64,000 bases of DNA from Phoronis australis (taxonomy: Eukaryota; Animalia; Phoronida): contig NMRA01000457.1 of the NCBI GenBank assembly GCA_002633005.1, positions 301,219 through 365,218 on the forward strand, read 5' to 3'. The notes beneath the pieces were generated by a model that was not told the DNA's origin, did no database searches, and saw only the letters and a list, made by a program, of their open reading frames with translations. The position numbers were made by a program, and so were the translations under genes. Of this stretch, positions 30,101 through 40,400 are shown one piece after another; position 1 is the first letter of the stretch; every line of letters starts with the position of its first letter.

Positions 30101-30127
30101 CACGATAGTGATAGTGATAGTGAGTGA
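58..30127 (+). CDS. LRP4: LDL receptor-related protein 4 (LRP4/MEGF7) orthologue, 5'-partial, 28 coding exons in window
   Basis: Exons 58-174, 968-1093, 1527-1652, 2280-2510, 2829-2985, 3565-3959, 5127-5252, 5586-5794, 6549-6736, 7817-8018, 8605-8794, 9694-9825, 10532-10669, 11352-11456, 12171-12324, 13846-14008, 14834-15056, 16209-16334, 17414-17591, 18625-18737, 19571-19771, 20558-20712, 21417-21678, 23899-23998, 25551-25597, 28699-28789, 29171-29309, 29933-30127. All phases are compatible. The order LDLa-EGF-EGF-(YWTD propeller-EGF)x4-stalk-TM-NPxY is the LRP4 architecture; [11 protein letters not shown] and LTYANPNY resemble vertebrate LRP4 CSERDARLGLC and LTYSNPSY. Confidence 0.93.
968..1093 (+). 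CDS. LRP4: LRP4 exon: EGF domain
   Basis: [13 protein letters not shown]...[17 protein letters not shown]; ttcag/gtaagt. Confidence 0.9.
1527..1652 (+). CDS. LRP4: LRP4 exon: calcium-binding EGF
   Basis: [26 protein letters not shown]...RTCKALG; tgtag/gtaagt. Confidence 0.92.
2280..2510 (+). CDS. LRP4: LRP4 exon: beta-propeller 1 start
   Basis: [14 protein letters not shown]...NAIALDFHH...VFWSD...GLESP. Confidence 0.92.
2829..2985 (+). CDS. LRP4: LRP4 exon: propeller 1
   Basis: [28 protein letters not shown]...LEKPRAIA. Confidence 0.92.
3565..3959 (+). CDS. LRP4: LRP4 exon: propeller 1 end
   Basis: IFWTDWG...[10 protein letters not shown]...[16 protein letters not shown]...[15 protein letters not shown]. 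Confidence 0.93.
4024..4085. repeat. perfect 31-bp tandem duplication
   Basis: aaatttaaatgcacgtctcttatggtgagac x2. Confidence 0.85.
5127..5252 (+). CDS. LRP4: LRP4 exon: EGF (not in ORF track)
   Basis: [38 protein letters not shown]; ccag/gtagg. Confidence 0.9.
5586..5794 (+). CDS. LRP4: LRP4 exon: propeller 2 start
   Basis: [27 protein letters not shown]...IYWSDV...WDGTGQE. Confidence 0.92.
6549..6736 (+). CDS. LRP4: LRP4 exon: propeller 2 (not in ORF track)
   Basis: [34 protein letters not shown]...[11 protein letters not shown]. Confidence 0.92.
7817..8018 (+). CDS. LRP4: LRP4 exon: propeller 2
   Basis: [20 protein letters not shown]...[11 protein letters not shown]. Confidence 0.92.
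8605..8794 (+). CDS. LRP4: LRP4 exon: propeller 2 end
   Basis: [19 protein letters not shown]...[13 protein letters not shown]. Confidence 0.92.
9694..9825 (+). CDS. LRP4: LRP4 exon: EGF
   Basis: [38 protein letters not shown]. Confidence 0.92.
10532..10669 (+). CDS. LRP4: LRP4 exon: propeller 3 start
   Basis: [31 protein letters not shown]...TIAVGVDP. Confidence 0.9.
11352..11456 (+). CDS. LRP4: LRP4 exon: propeller 3 (donor site tandemly amplified downstream)
   Basis: [34 protein letters not shown]; ttgcag/gtaagt. Confidence 0.88.
11441..11680 (+). repeat. 34-bp minisatellite, 7 copies, containing exon end and splice donor
   Basis: unit ctgcagaccaccgagagtaagtatgaagggtgct; copy 1 overlaps the exon 14 3' end. 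Confidence 0.95.
12171..12324 (+). CDS. LRP4: LRP4 exon: propeller 3
   Basis: [37 protein letters not shown]. Confidence 0.9.
12409..13206 (+). mobile_element. degenerate Helentron-associated (HINE/DINE-1-like) element
   Basis: Internal repeats (gacagattttcacga..ttggcaa, gcctcctagtggc) shared with 24131-24878; its 3' end cagtcgtgggagcatttcaaagc recurs inverted at ~53500-53535. Confidence 0.5.
13846..14008 (+). CDS. LRP4: LRP4 exon: propeller 3
   Basis: [15 protein letters not shown]...[11 protein letters not shown]...IWADA. Confidence 0.92.
14388..14527. repeat. ~47-bp tandem repeat, 3 copies
   Basis: gtgtctacaagttggctattggcagagtgtcattatgtgtgccaagg. Confidence 0.9.
14834..15056 (+). CDS. 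LRP4: LRP4 exon: propeller 3 end
   Basis: [11 protein letters not shown]...[20 protein letters not shown]. Confidence 0.92.
15211..15500. repeat. 74-bp tandem repeat, ~4 copies
   Basis: catgttccaatagtttctcattctcgtcacaatgcaactatgacttggttgtgaaaccatcagtcaatcattgc. Confidence 0.9.
16209..16334 (+). CDS. LRP4: LRP4 exon: EGF
   Basis: [38 protein letters not shown]. Confidence 0.92.
17414..17591 (+). CDS. LRP4: LRP4 exon: propeller 4 start (frame not in ORF track)
   Basis: [22 protein letters not shown]...[13 protein letters not shown]. Confidence 0.92.
18625..18737 (+). CDS. LRP4: LRP4 exon: propeller 4
   Basis: [37 protein letters not shown]. Confidence 0.92.
19571..19771 (+). CDS. LRP4: LRP4 exon: propeller 4
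   Basis: RNVVEVAR...[22 protein letters not shown]. Confidence 0.92.
20558..20712 (+). CDS. LRP4: LRP4 exon: propeller 4
   Basis: [25 protein letters not shown]...HPFGLTV. Confidence 0.92.
21417..21678 (+). CDS. LRP4: LRP4 exon: propeller 4 end plus last EGF
   Basis: [16 protein letters not shown]...[26 protein letters not shown]...KPCST. Confidence 0.92.
23899..23998 (+). CDS. LRP4: LRP4 exon: Thr/Pro-rich O-glycosylation stalk
   Basis: [32 protein letters not shown]; ttttcag/gtaagt; phase 1-2 fits neighbours. Confidence 0.8.
24131..24878 (+). mobile_element. Helentron-associated non-autonomous element (HINE/DINE-1-like)
   Basis: 5' tttttatacgccc with nearby inverted copy, gtcc-type microsatellite (ctgtccgtccatcc), internal repeats with gcgccacctagtgg, 3' ggacgcatat plus hairpin caatgc-ttc-gcgttg, T-rich flanks. 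Confidence 0.6.
25551..25597 (+). CDS. LRP4: LRP4 47-nt exon: juxtamembrane Cys pair
   Basis: [15 protein letters not shown] resembles vertebrate CSERDARLGLC; strong acceptor tttctcttcag; phase 2-1. Confidence 0.8.
27044..28321. mobile_element. hAT-like MITE with 5-bp TSD, spanning an assembly gap
   Basis: TIR cagggctcgac/gtcgagccctg; TSD ccaat on both sides; subterminal gcgacctg/gcgagctg repeats. Confidence 0.8.
28699..28789 (+). CDS. LRP4: LRP4 exon: transmembrane helix (GC donor)
   Basis: [24 protein letters not shown]; ends AG|GCAAGT, giving the phase 2 needed by the next exon. Confidence 0.85.
29171..29309 (+). CDS. LRP4: LRP4 exon: cytoplasmic NPxY motif
   Basis: [22 protein letters not shown]...; tttcag/gttagt. 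Confidence 0.88.
29933..30127 (+). CDS. LRP4: LRP4 last coding exon
   Basis: ERVSMLPAG...[10 protein letters not shown]...HDSDSDSE-stop; tttttag acceptor in phase 0. Confidence 0.78.
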   Translation, partial: ERVSMLPAGACYGDTQSEDYSISKEKLKDECDTPPPSPPVRIDSNHVLLKKHTDTRHDSDSDSE

Positions 30128-30149
30128 TAGTATGAGTAACCAATGCATC

Positions 30150-31050
30150 AAGTATTGAAAACTAGATGAGTCTTGTCTTGAAACTAGATAAGTCTTATCT
30201 CAGTTGCTCAAGTTGGATAAAGCTTGAATGTCTCAATTATTGAAACTAGACAAGTCTTATCTGAACTATTGAAACTAGACAAAACTTATCTCAACTATTG
30301 AAACTAGATGGCAGTAAGTCTTATTGTAGTAGTTGAAATTAGATAAATCTTGTTTCACCTATTAAAACTCAATGAGACTTATCTCAATTTTTGAAATTAG
30401 TAAAGTCTTATCTCAGTCGTTGAAATTAATTATGGCCTATCTCATTTGTTGAGACGTGATTAGTCTGATATGAGTTGTTGAAACTAAATAAGTGTCATGT
30501 TAATTTTTGAAACGAGATAAGTCGTATCTCAAGTGTTGAAATTAAATTAATAGTCCTATCTCAATCGTTGTTACTGGATAAGTTTTTTCGCAGTTATTGA
30601 AACTATTAAGTATCCTCTAATTCTTGAAGTTAGGTAGGGAGTCTTATCTCATTTACAAAAGCTAAGTGCCGAGACGTCATCTTCTCTCGTTGTAGGTGCA
30701 TAGGGCACAGTAGACGTCCAATGTTGATGTATGTAGTTCCAATTTGTTGGAACTCGTGGTGTCTTATTTCAGTGGTTCAAGCTAGACAGTCTTGCCTATG
30801 CTGTTAAAGACAAATGTGTCTAGTCTCTGTGGTTGAAAATAGACACAGTCAAGTCTCCTTTTTCAAAATACTTTGAATTATTGACAGTAGATGCATTTTG
30901 CTTTAGTTGTTGAACTTTGAGTCATCTAGTGTCAGTTGTGGAAACTAAAGACATGCAGTTTCAGTTATTGAATTTGGACATTTTTGGTCTCTGTTGTTGA
31001 AAGTACATACTAACTATTAATTTCAGTATTTGAAACTAAACCATATAGTT
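30150..31050. repeat. degenerate ~29-bp tandem repeat in probable LRP4 3'UTR
   Basis: recurring ttgaaactagataagtcttatctcaacta-like units, decaying 3'-ward. Confidence 0.75.
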
Positions 31051-31378
31051 TCAGTGTGCTAAAATACCTGGCTGTGATAAAATGGATGTGCAAATAAATG
31101 TTTTTAATACTCAACGTTTCGTTAGCATTAGCACTGCTAACTTGTTAGTTGTACTTAAGTTTAGTTTTGTAGTACATGCTATGCAGAATTTTGTATATTA
31201 TTGTTTTGCTGCTGGAAGATTCGTGAAGTTTGTATCCAATGTTTGTTAGACGTTGGTGTATATCAGGGATATATGTTGTGAATATGTGTTTGTCTCGACA
31301 CTACTCCTGTTGGAGTGTTTAAATGGCATGCAAATAATATTTTGAACTTGATGCAAAACAGTTTTGATTATACTAATT

Positions 31379-31607
31379 ATAATGTCCGCTGGAGGCTGTA
31401 TTCTGCATCTATAATGTCCGCTGGAGGCTGTATTTTTGCATCTATAATGCCCGCTGGAGGCCGTATTTTTGCATCTATAATGTCCGCTGGAGGCTGTATT
31501 CTTGCATCTATAATGTCCGCTGGAGGCTGTATTTTTGCATCTATAATGCCCGCTGCAGGCCGTATTTTTGCATCTATAATGTCCGCTGGAGGCTGTATTC
31601 TTGCATC
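31379..31607. repeat. 33-bp minisatellite, 7 copies
   Basis: ataatgtccgctggaggctgtatttttgcatct with higher-order variant pattern. Confidence 0.93.
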
Positions 31608-32029
31608 ATTTGAGACAATCAAGCTAAAAAGACCGTGAGGTTATATGGGTGTGTCATCTTTGACGCTATTTTGATAGGTTGGTAGAAATGCAACTGAAAA
31701 AATGTTAATCACTGGTTTGTCTCTTGGTTATTCTCCATTACAAATGTATCACCACATCAGCTCCTTCCAGTTTGTATTTATACACTGTGTCTCGGTCTGT
31801 ATTGGTTATTTCTCGACTTTTTTCACAGACTCCAAGTTTTTGTAATGCCAAGTTACAGTAAATGTTTTTGTTTGTAATTTTTAAGCTTTCATTGAATAGA
31901 TCAATAGGTTTTTTTTTTTAATTGCAGGTGGTCTGATACATGTATCAGACGTGCGCAGGCCTCACATGTGGGCCCATTGCACTGATCACCTGGAAAAATA
32001 TTTTTATGCTTTATTGATGTATGGTTAAA

Positions 32030-32144
32030 ACCGAGCTGAGGAGCTAGAAACCTGGCTCAAGGGTTTAGCAGTGTGACCTGGTGGGACTTGAACCCACGAC
32101 CTCGAGTAAAGAAAGCGGGCACTTATCAGCCAGGCCACACTGCC
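32030..32144 (-). mobile_element. tRNA-derived SINE head (degenerate)
   Basis: minus strand ggcagtgtggcctggctgataag (A box-like)...gtgggttcaagtcccaccaggtcac (B box); no intact cloverleaf. Confidence 0.6.
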
Positions 32145-33088
32145 TCCTCCTAGGTTTGGTTTGGTATAGACTATAGTCTACATGCCAGATATTTTGCGAG
32201 AATGACAATTATGTTTTGTATTTTTAATTAGACTGTTTTAAGTCTTTAGGAGGTGTGTCTTTGTACTGTAATGTGTGTGGTCTCAGACAAACATGTTATT
32301 CATGATTTGCCTAATATAGAATCTTCTAAAGCTGCATTACCCCTGTTCAGTTCGGTAAAAAAAAACAAAAAATCGAATTGGGAAATTTCATAAGGTTGCT
32401 TGTCTGGGTAGGATTCTATTTGGGAAATCCATAACCCATTGGAACATCAAAACAATCGGTGACTGGAGAAAACACTTAAAAGTTAAGGCAATTATGATTG
32501 ACGAACCTTAAAACTGAGTATTCGAAAGTGGCACCTGTTGGCATTATCTGTGGCTTGAGTTTTGGACTCATTCTGCAGCAATTTAAAATGAGGTCACTCT
32601 GGTGATGCCTTAAACTTTCTAAGCACTTCACCAGTAACAGCTAATGTATCTTTAAGTACAGAAGCTACTTTTTACAAAACTTTTGGAAGACTGTAATCTC
32701 GGTTGTATGATGTCCAAGATCAAGCTTTGTACTCTCCTTTTTGTCTAGATTGCCCAGCGGCTGATAACCGTTATTTTGGTCTTAAACCTGATAGGTGTAA
32801 TCGGGGTTTTCATGGCACTTTGCCATCAACCAGTACGCTCCGCGAGTGTGCCTTTTAGTGGTTGAAATATTTGCAGGGACACCACATATTAGTCTATTTA
32901 TACTTATGTTAAATTTTAAACATTTTGAGTGTTAGATTTTACAACTTAGATTTTAGTTTTGATAGCTATTCACCTTAACCTGTATTGTGCGTTATCACCT
33001 ATTGGTTCCGAGGTCATCCTAAGGGTCTCGGCGCTGACCCTTCTTAGACTGTAAATTGCGAAATGTGTCTTAAATGAATAATATGTGT

Positions 33089-33094
33089 AATAAA
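33089..33094 (+). promoter_or_regulatory. candidate polyadenylation signal for LRP4
   Basis: AATAAA followed by GT/T-rich tract; a second AATAAA lies at 31093. Confidence 0.35.
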
Positions 33095-34563
33095 ACGCTT
33101 TGTATTTTTATAAAAGTTTGTCTGTTCTTATATCTTAAAAGCGACTAAAAAGCCGGCCTCCTTCCGTCACAAAAACAACAACTTCTGATTTAGACTACTT
33201 ATCGTCACAATTCTTTGTTCCTAGTCAGAATTGATGCGATCTCTCAGTGAAAAAATAGAGTTGATAATTGCTTGAGAGCAGTTCTTTTAGTTGGCTGCAC
33301 GTCATTTTATTCACCGCGCATGATCTCTAGACATAAGTTCTTTGCAAGACTATAAGTTCATAGTTACCATTTGAGTGATGAAGAAGCCGTCGTGACTTAT
33401 TTTATAGTGGCATAGTGAGTCTAAAATTCAACTGAACACAAAGTTTCATTTGAAAATTGCGTGAATATGTGCCCTTTCAGTGTTCTAAGAATGTTACGAT
33501 TTGGAAAAATTTCCAAAACTTGAGTAATTTTGTACGATTGTAAAATGACCGAGTAGAATTCCTGCATAATTGTGACCTAAACGAGAAAGTTATGAAATTT
33601 CCGTGGGCTCAAAATTTTCCTCCCATGAAATTATGAAAGTTAAGTGTCTTCTGCTTTGGCATTGAAGCAATTGAATGGTCGCCGGGGCTTGATGCCATGT
33701 AGCCTAAATTAGGAAATGTGTACTTATCTTGTCAAAGCGGAGATAGTCGAATAGTCTATTGTTAAGGTGATGCACTCCCTAGCAGTGCTTGAGTATGGAA
33801 GTCACTTTTTCCTTTGTAACTGTTCGGTCGTAGCCATTCTGGTTCATACTAGCGTACCTTGTGACCTCAATGTGCTTACACTGCATTACTCGAGTCTTGT
33901 ATTCATCGAAGCCCCGTGGTCCACGTGTGAATGTTCTGACATCGAACTTGATGGGCGATAGACGCCGCTAGTGAATCTCGGCTGACTGGCGTGCCGGCTT
34001 GAGTCGGCAAGACTGCCTGGACCTACGAGTCGGCATCGTGACTTTGGCTGCGTGTAAATACGGTGTTTCGTGATGAATATGGTGCCCGGACATACTGTAG
34101 ACTTTGGCCATGGATGGAGACTGGGCTGATAAAATATCATGGACTTGTAACTCAGCGTAGGCGGGTCCAGGGGGTCCGGACCTCTGTTTTTCTCTTGATT
34201 TTAGTGATATCAAATCAACAGTTTTCAAATTGTTTGACTCTCTTTTAAAAAAATCCTTAATTCAATAAAAATCCTGTATCCGGCCCTGGTTAGTAGCCAA
34301 AGCTCAACTAGGCTACAAGGCTAGCGAGCAGTGAGATCCGGGGTGCGTTCGTAGGGACCAGCATACTAGATGCAACCAGGAAGAGATAAGCAGGACTGGT
34401 TATCTCTTCCTGATGCAACTCATGGTAGCACGTGCTTTGCTTGTTCTGTTTGACAAATCTCGCGAAGACTGTCCAGTCAGGCGGTTTTCAGTTTCTTAAG
34501 TTTATGGAACACAGTACCGCATGTAGAACATGAACCAACACTAGCGTGTATTACCAACGTTAA

Positions 34564-36743
34564 AGGAGAATGCCACCCAAAAACAACCCTACTTTGTATC
34601 AATTTAGATCGAGTAGTTCCACTCGATAGCAGCAAGTTCAGTTGTTTTACCTGATACCTGACGGCAGACGAAGGTGTTGAAATTAACCAATGACGTAATA
34701 GGTTCGAATGCAGTCTTTCCAGCCGTTCACAACACGCTTATACTGGTGTCAACTTATAGCTTGAATTCATCGCTTTACACCAATAAATCATCGAAATTTG
34801 ATATAAAAATCTTACAAATACATCGAGTTCTTGAACAAACGTGTTGTTTTATTTCACTGTTTCGGATTTATACATGACAGCGTTTTTCCGTTCAGTGACT
34901 TTACCAGACATAGGGACGGGTTCGAGCGTGTGATAACATCTAGCTTCTGTGGTAACAGCCAAGTCTTTAGTCTGTTATGACAACGAGCAGGCCAATTATC
35001 TACCAGGCTTATTACAGGCCGCGTGTGAACACAGTCGAACTCAAAGTGAATTGGTGTATTCGGAAAGAATAGATTGTCGTTGCAGTTGGGCGATTGTGGC
35101 AATTCAAAAACTAAACGTGATCACCATTTGACGAAGATTTCAGAAATGCTATTGGTTTATGTTCAAATATGTTATAACTTTTATTTTTAACAGCACAGCC
35201 CAGTTAGGGTAGATACGATCTTATTGGAGATTAGAGCAATTATCGAAAAAAGAGAGCTGGCCCTCCAACCATGAATTCCAGAATGGAGTTAATCAGTCGT
35301 GTAACAGATTGGCTACAGGGGTAAACTTCCCAACTTCTTGTTGGGCTATAGAATCACACAAGTTGGGAGCAACGAGAAAACGCCGTAATGGGTAATTAAA
35401 TGTATCGTTGCCTACAGAGTTCGGTACTTGGTAGGCCAATTTACCAAGGTCGATCGTGGGAGTTTGGGTGTGTTTGGTGATAAATTCGAATTATTCCTCC
35501 GTGATATACTGACAGGAGAATATAGCTGTGTGTTGCAGTTTTAGACTTGTGATTTTCTTCAGTTCTAAACACACAAAAAGGTTGTTATCCCAGCCAGTGG
35601 CTCGGAACCCGATCACTGAGTCCCGTCGCGGCCGCCGGGACTGGACATCACAAACATAAACAAGCTTAAGTTGGAAACTAAACCTCCATTCTCGACAAGA
35701 CTATAATAGTGAGCCAAAGAAACAATGTGCTCATAATTATTTTGGTGAATTAGCCCCGAAACTGAAAATGTACTTACTTGTCGGGGGCTGCAAAGTTAGG
35801 CTCCCCTTCCACACAACCGTCAGGGCAAAAGTTGTACAGTAACAATGATTTGAATAATGTATTTGTATATCTAAATAAAGATTCCCCTAACATGTGACCA
35901 TAGCATATAAAATCGAGTTTTAGTTTCTCAACAGCTTTCTATCAGCAAAAATTGTATTAGCATGCGCTCACACGGCCTCGGTGCCCGGTCAATTACCTTT
36001 ATTGCATCTAAAGCCGGTAACGCTGTGGTTTATTCATTGCTGGCTTCTCAAAACATTTGCACTCACGAATACTCCAAAGGCATTGCAAATTGTATCTAAT
36101 GAGACAGACTTCGTTTCAGTTTTATATAAACATTTGTTAGGGTGAGAATAATTCATTTTGAAACAACGCAGAATAATAACCGTCAACATGGCAACTCGCA
36201 ATCCCGACTTATACGAGAGAGAATCCGACGTAGACTTCACAGCTAGGTCGATCGTTAGGTTTCACAGGCTATCAATTCGAATCGGAATACACTGATCAAG
36301 AAATACCAGAGAGGCCCCGTGAACACTGCTGATTGGGTAGTTCTTTGTTAAGCCATCATTCGTCATAGAAATCATTGTCTACGAAATGCCGGCCACAGAC
36401 ACGGAGACGTTTCACGGCCTCATACTTGCTATTAACAGTGTAATTTTCATTCTTCACTACCGCGAGCCACTTCCTAAACATTTCAGGCTCTTAAGGAGGT
36501 CGAAAAAACTATATACCAACTTTCTTCGCAGCTTCATATTTCTGATAAGCGGGGACGATGTAGCGCAACATAGCGGCATTCACTTTGCAGATGAACCACT
36601 GACGTCGCTGTGTTGTTTCTCACCTTCCTCATAGGTTAAGGCGACACCTCTCGGCAAGGTAAGGTCGACCGTATGCGAGGCGATGTGGATATAGACCGAT
36701 TAAGACGGTAAAAAAGACTAATTATATCGGGTGGCATTCTCCT
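34564..36743. mobile_element. Kolobok-type (T2-like) DNA transposon, internally deleted
   Basis: TTAA on both sides; 15-bp TIR aggagaatgccaccc/gggtggcattctcct; THAP relic inside. Confidence 0.82.
36360..36579 (-). pseudogene. degenerate THAP zinc finger (transposase N-terminus)
   Basis: MPLCCA, then after a frameshift GI*FFRPP*EPEMFRKWLAVVKNENY...LRVCGRHFVDNDF, matching the THAP C..P..W..C..HF pattern with stops. Confidence 0.72.
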
Positions 36744-37288
36744 TTAACCCTCTCTACGGTCTCTTGTACTGTCGCCAGCCGACAAGAGCGACGTCTTTCG
36801 TGAAAATGCACAGTACCGTCTTTACTTGAATACTAAAACGTTCTGAGCCTACATACTGACCTATCATTAACTCTCAGTCCGCTCACTTTCATCCTACTTG
36901 GAAAACTAAATTCACTGTATTAATTGTAAAAAGGGTCTTATATTTTACTTCAGAATCTCTTGAAAGAAAAGTCATGGTCACTGGAAAGCAGACCACACAC
37001 GTGCACTACGCCCCTCGTTTCACCTGCTGAGGCATGACGAGTCGCGTCGTTGTGTGTCGGGCTAAGTTTACTAAGCTAGGCCTATTTCTTGTAGCCCTTT
37101 CGATAAACCATGAGATTATTTGAGTCAATGAACTTTTGTTAATTTTTTTCTTGTCGTGGCCTATAGTGAACTGCGCGTTCTATCGTTCGTTCTTCGAACG
37201 GAAGAGTAAGGTGACAATCAGCGTCAGGTGAAATCTATTTCAACGATGCGATCTTAACGCTGATTTCAGCTTCTCGTTCTAATTAGTT

Positions 37289-37413
37289 TCACATCTCAAC
37301 CAAGGTTATAGTTGCTGAATCAGCAGGTCGTCGTGACAGGTATATTTTTGTCACGATCAACGTCAACCCAATTCCCAGACCAAGCATAGCGAATCCCAAT
37401 CCGGCCATGGCAC
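37289..37413 (-). CDS. last exon: TM helix and short tail
   Basis: GAMAGLGFAMLGLGIGLTLIVTKIYLSRRPADSATITLVEM-stop; acceptor ctctttcag. Confidence 0.82.
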
Positions 37414-40400
37414 CTGAAAGAGTAAAGATACAGCTAAGCTGTTACTTCTCTAAATCACTTAACTCTGGATGTTTTTGTTCAGAAAAAAGTTGACTGTGTT
37501 CGAGGAAAATTGTGTGCCGCAGTTTTACAAACGGGCCAATTTCGTGAACATGGGCGAAAATGAAATTTATGAATTTCTTATCAAAGAATGATTGACTCAC
37601 AGAACTTTTGCCACGAAATTCCGACTACATGAACCACCATGCACCAGAAATAATTTCCAAATCTTAAACGACGAAATGGAGGGGTGTTTCGCAAAACACT
37701 TACGGCCAAAAAACTTCACTTACGGAACGGAAACATGGAATTCTGTCCCTAATCCAACTTTATATCCCAGCTTCGCCGACCACTCATTTCAGTGGCGGAT
37801 AATTTGTCAATGACCGCGAGTAAGGTCCCTAGCTTACTTGCTCAACAATCGATTTGACTGGCGTCAGTGATATTGGGTGCGTTCTGGGTTTTCTCGCAAG
37901 AAACTTGCTCTATACCGAACTCGCAATTCAGAGGCCAGTTGCGTGAAAAAGTTCCTAATAGGGACTTCATTGTTTCTTACGTCTTCTGCGCATGCGTGAA
38001 CTTTGTTTACTCAATAATATTATTTTATCTTTTACGTGGTCATTATTTATGAGCTAGTATTTTACTGACCATATTTCCCAATAAGATTATCAAAACGTTT
38101 GCCTTGTTTCATTGGAAATGGAACCTTGGTGCCTAAATTGGGGGGTATGCATCAAAAAGTTACTATATATTTTCAGTAATATTTTAATAAACTCTTATTT
38201 TAGTAAACTCTTATTTTAGTAAACTCTTCATTGAATTCTTAAAATAATTCAATGAAGAGTTTACTCTCGGTATGTTCCAAACTTGAAACGTGACGTAGTA
38301 ACGAACAAAAATGGCAGAAGAAAGTACAACCAGAGTCGATAAAAACTCATAACTTATTTAGCGCTGACATTTAAGGGAATTGGGTTGATTCCCTATCTGA
38401 GAAAGTTTCATACCACCGTCAAACTCTTCCTAACCCATGACTTTAATGGTTGGTCCCGCATTATGGAACGCCTCATGTTTTGTTAAAAAATCTAGTGCGA
38501 ACGAAAAATTCTGACGATAATCAAACCTTATCATCCAATATGAAGCTTAGACACCCCAGTGGGTAGGGTGGACCGTGTGGTCAGAAGGATAGGCCTATTT
38601 TTCATTTTTTTATTTGCCATCTCAGATCACGTGGACGTCAATGTTTTGTGTCAGGTAATAAAATTTTACTTACTTTGCAGCCAGAATGTAAGCCTGTACA
38701 AACACAGAAATTTAAGTTTGCTGTAAAGCAAAAATTCAGCTACTGCATGGTTCGATCGTCATTCGGCATTTTTTCTTTGATACGCCTGCTGCTGACAAAT
38801 ACACTTCAAGTTTTAAGAGAGAGCTAGTAAGCCTAAATACATGTGATGCTACTTTTCCATCATAGAGACTGTATTCGCTTGTCCGAGTTCTGTGCTGGAT
38901 GAAAAGTCCTGGCAGTGTGATGCTCGAAAACGTTAATTTTCTATTGGCTTATTTATGCTTGGCACATACATACATTCTGCAATACTAAAGAGTGCGTTCC
39001 GAAATCTAATATTTCTGTGATCAATGATTTGAAAAATACACCTGCCTCTTCAACGGGCTTAGCAATGTATTGAAAATATATGAAGAAGGATAACGAAATT
39101 TTTCACCCCAACTACGAGTTTGGAAATTGTCTACACTACAGAACATGAATACGGTATATAAATCGAAAATATCTTACTACGGAAAGCAGTTTGTTTTCAA
39201 ACATTTAAATCACTTATTTACGTAGCACGAATTTTAAGATGAGCGCGTAAGTAAATACAGACATGTTAAACCCGACGTTTCGGTTTATTACTTCTCAAAG
39301 AAGTCATGTTGTGTACCAACACATCTGTAATGACTGTTTTACATTGGAATGACGAACAGGAGTCTTAGCATCAGAGTCAAAAAAAAACAATTTAAAGACA
39401 CACAGTGCTGTTCACAATCATTCCTTGATAACTGGTCACACTATAGATTGCTCAGGTGTTCATATCTTCGACAAGCCTCCCGTTCAGTAACGCTAGGACC
39501 TCGCTAAAAAGCAAGACTTCGCGAGATTACGTGAGATATTGCCTTGCATTTTAAATTAGAACACGTGACTTTGACTAGGTTTTAGCTAGGTCTTAGCGTA
39601 GGTCCTAGCGTAGGTCCTAGCGGCTACTGAACGCAAGCAAGGATAATGCCACCCTGAGGCTCCTCATAAAGGAGGCTATGCATATACGGTTGAACCATGC
39701 TGAGGGCTATCTCAATAGGAACATTGGTTCATTTGAGCTCCAACAGCCGATTTCATAAAGGTGGTTTAAAGTTAAACCTGGTTTAAACTGGACTTAGACC
39801 AGGTTTAATGATAATCTGCATTTCATAAAGGTGGTTTAACTTTTATACCAGTGGTCTTGTAAAACCTGGTTTAACTCCAGTTTAGACCNNNNNNNNNNNN
39901 NNNNNNNNNNNNNNNNNNNNNNNNNNNNNNNNNNNNNNNNNNNNNNNNNNNNNNNNNNNNNNNNNNNNNNNNNNNNNNNNNNNNNNNNNNNNNNNNNNNN
40001 NNNNNNNNNNNNNNNNNNNNNNNNNNNNNNNNNNNNNNNNNNNNNNNNNNNNNNNNNNNNNNNNNNTACGTAGATAATTTATTGCCCTTAGTTCACAGTT
40101 TGTAAACCCAATATTAAAGCAATAAGTTCGAGTTTGAACTCGAAATTTCGAGTTTTTACTCGAGTTTGTAGCACGAATATAAGGGTCTTCAAGGGCAAAC
40201 TTGAACTAGAAACTCCTATGCATAAACTATAATGTATTCGAGCACAGTCTGATAACCAATTATCTTAAGTTCGCACAAAAGGAGCAGAGAAATTGCCAAA
40301 AATAGTTTCGAGTTTGTTTCGAGTACAAAGATTAGAGACCGGGCCCAGGTTTATGAAGACCAGGTTTAAGTCTTAAACCTGGTTTTGTTAAACCACCTTT

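Noticed and set aside
58-30127. LRP5/6 (arrow) or LRP1/2 assignment
   Set aside because: LDLa precedes the four propellers, none lies between propeller 4 and the TM, and the tail has an LRP4-like LTYxNPxY.
31315-31638. Repetitive protein ORFs on both strands
   Set aside because: Translations of a 33-bp minisatellite; likewise the ORFs at 11282-11709 and 43827-44009.
32070-32144. Functional tRNA gene
   Set aside because: A/B boxes are present but the acceptor and anticodon stems are not convincing; a SINE head is more likely.
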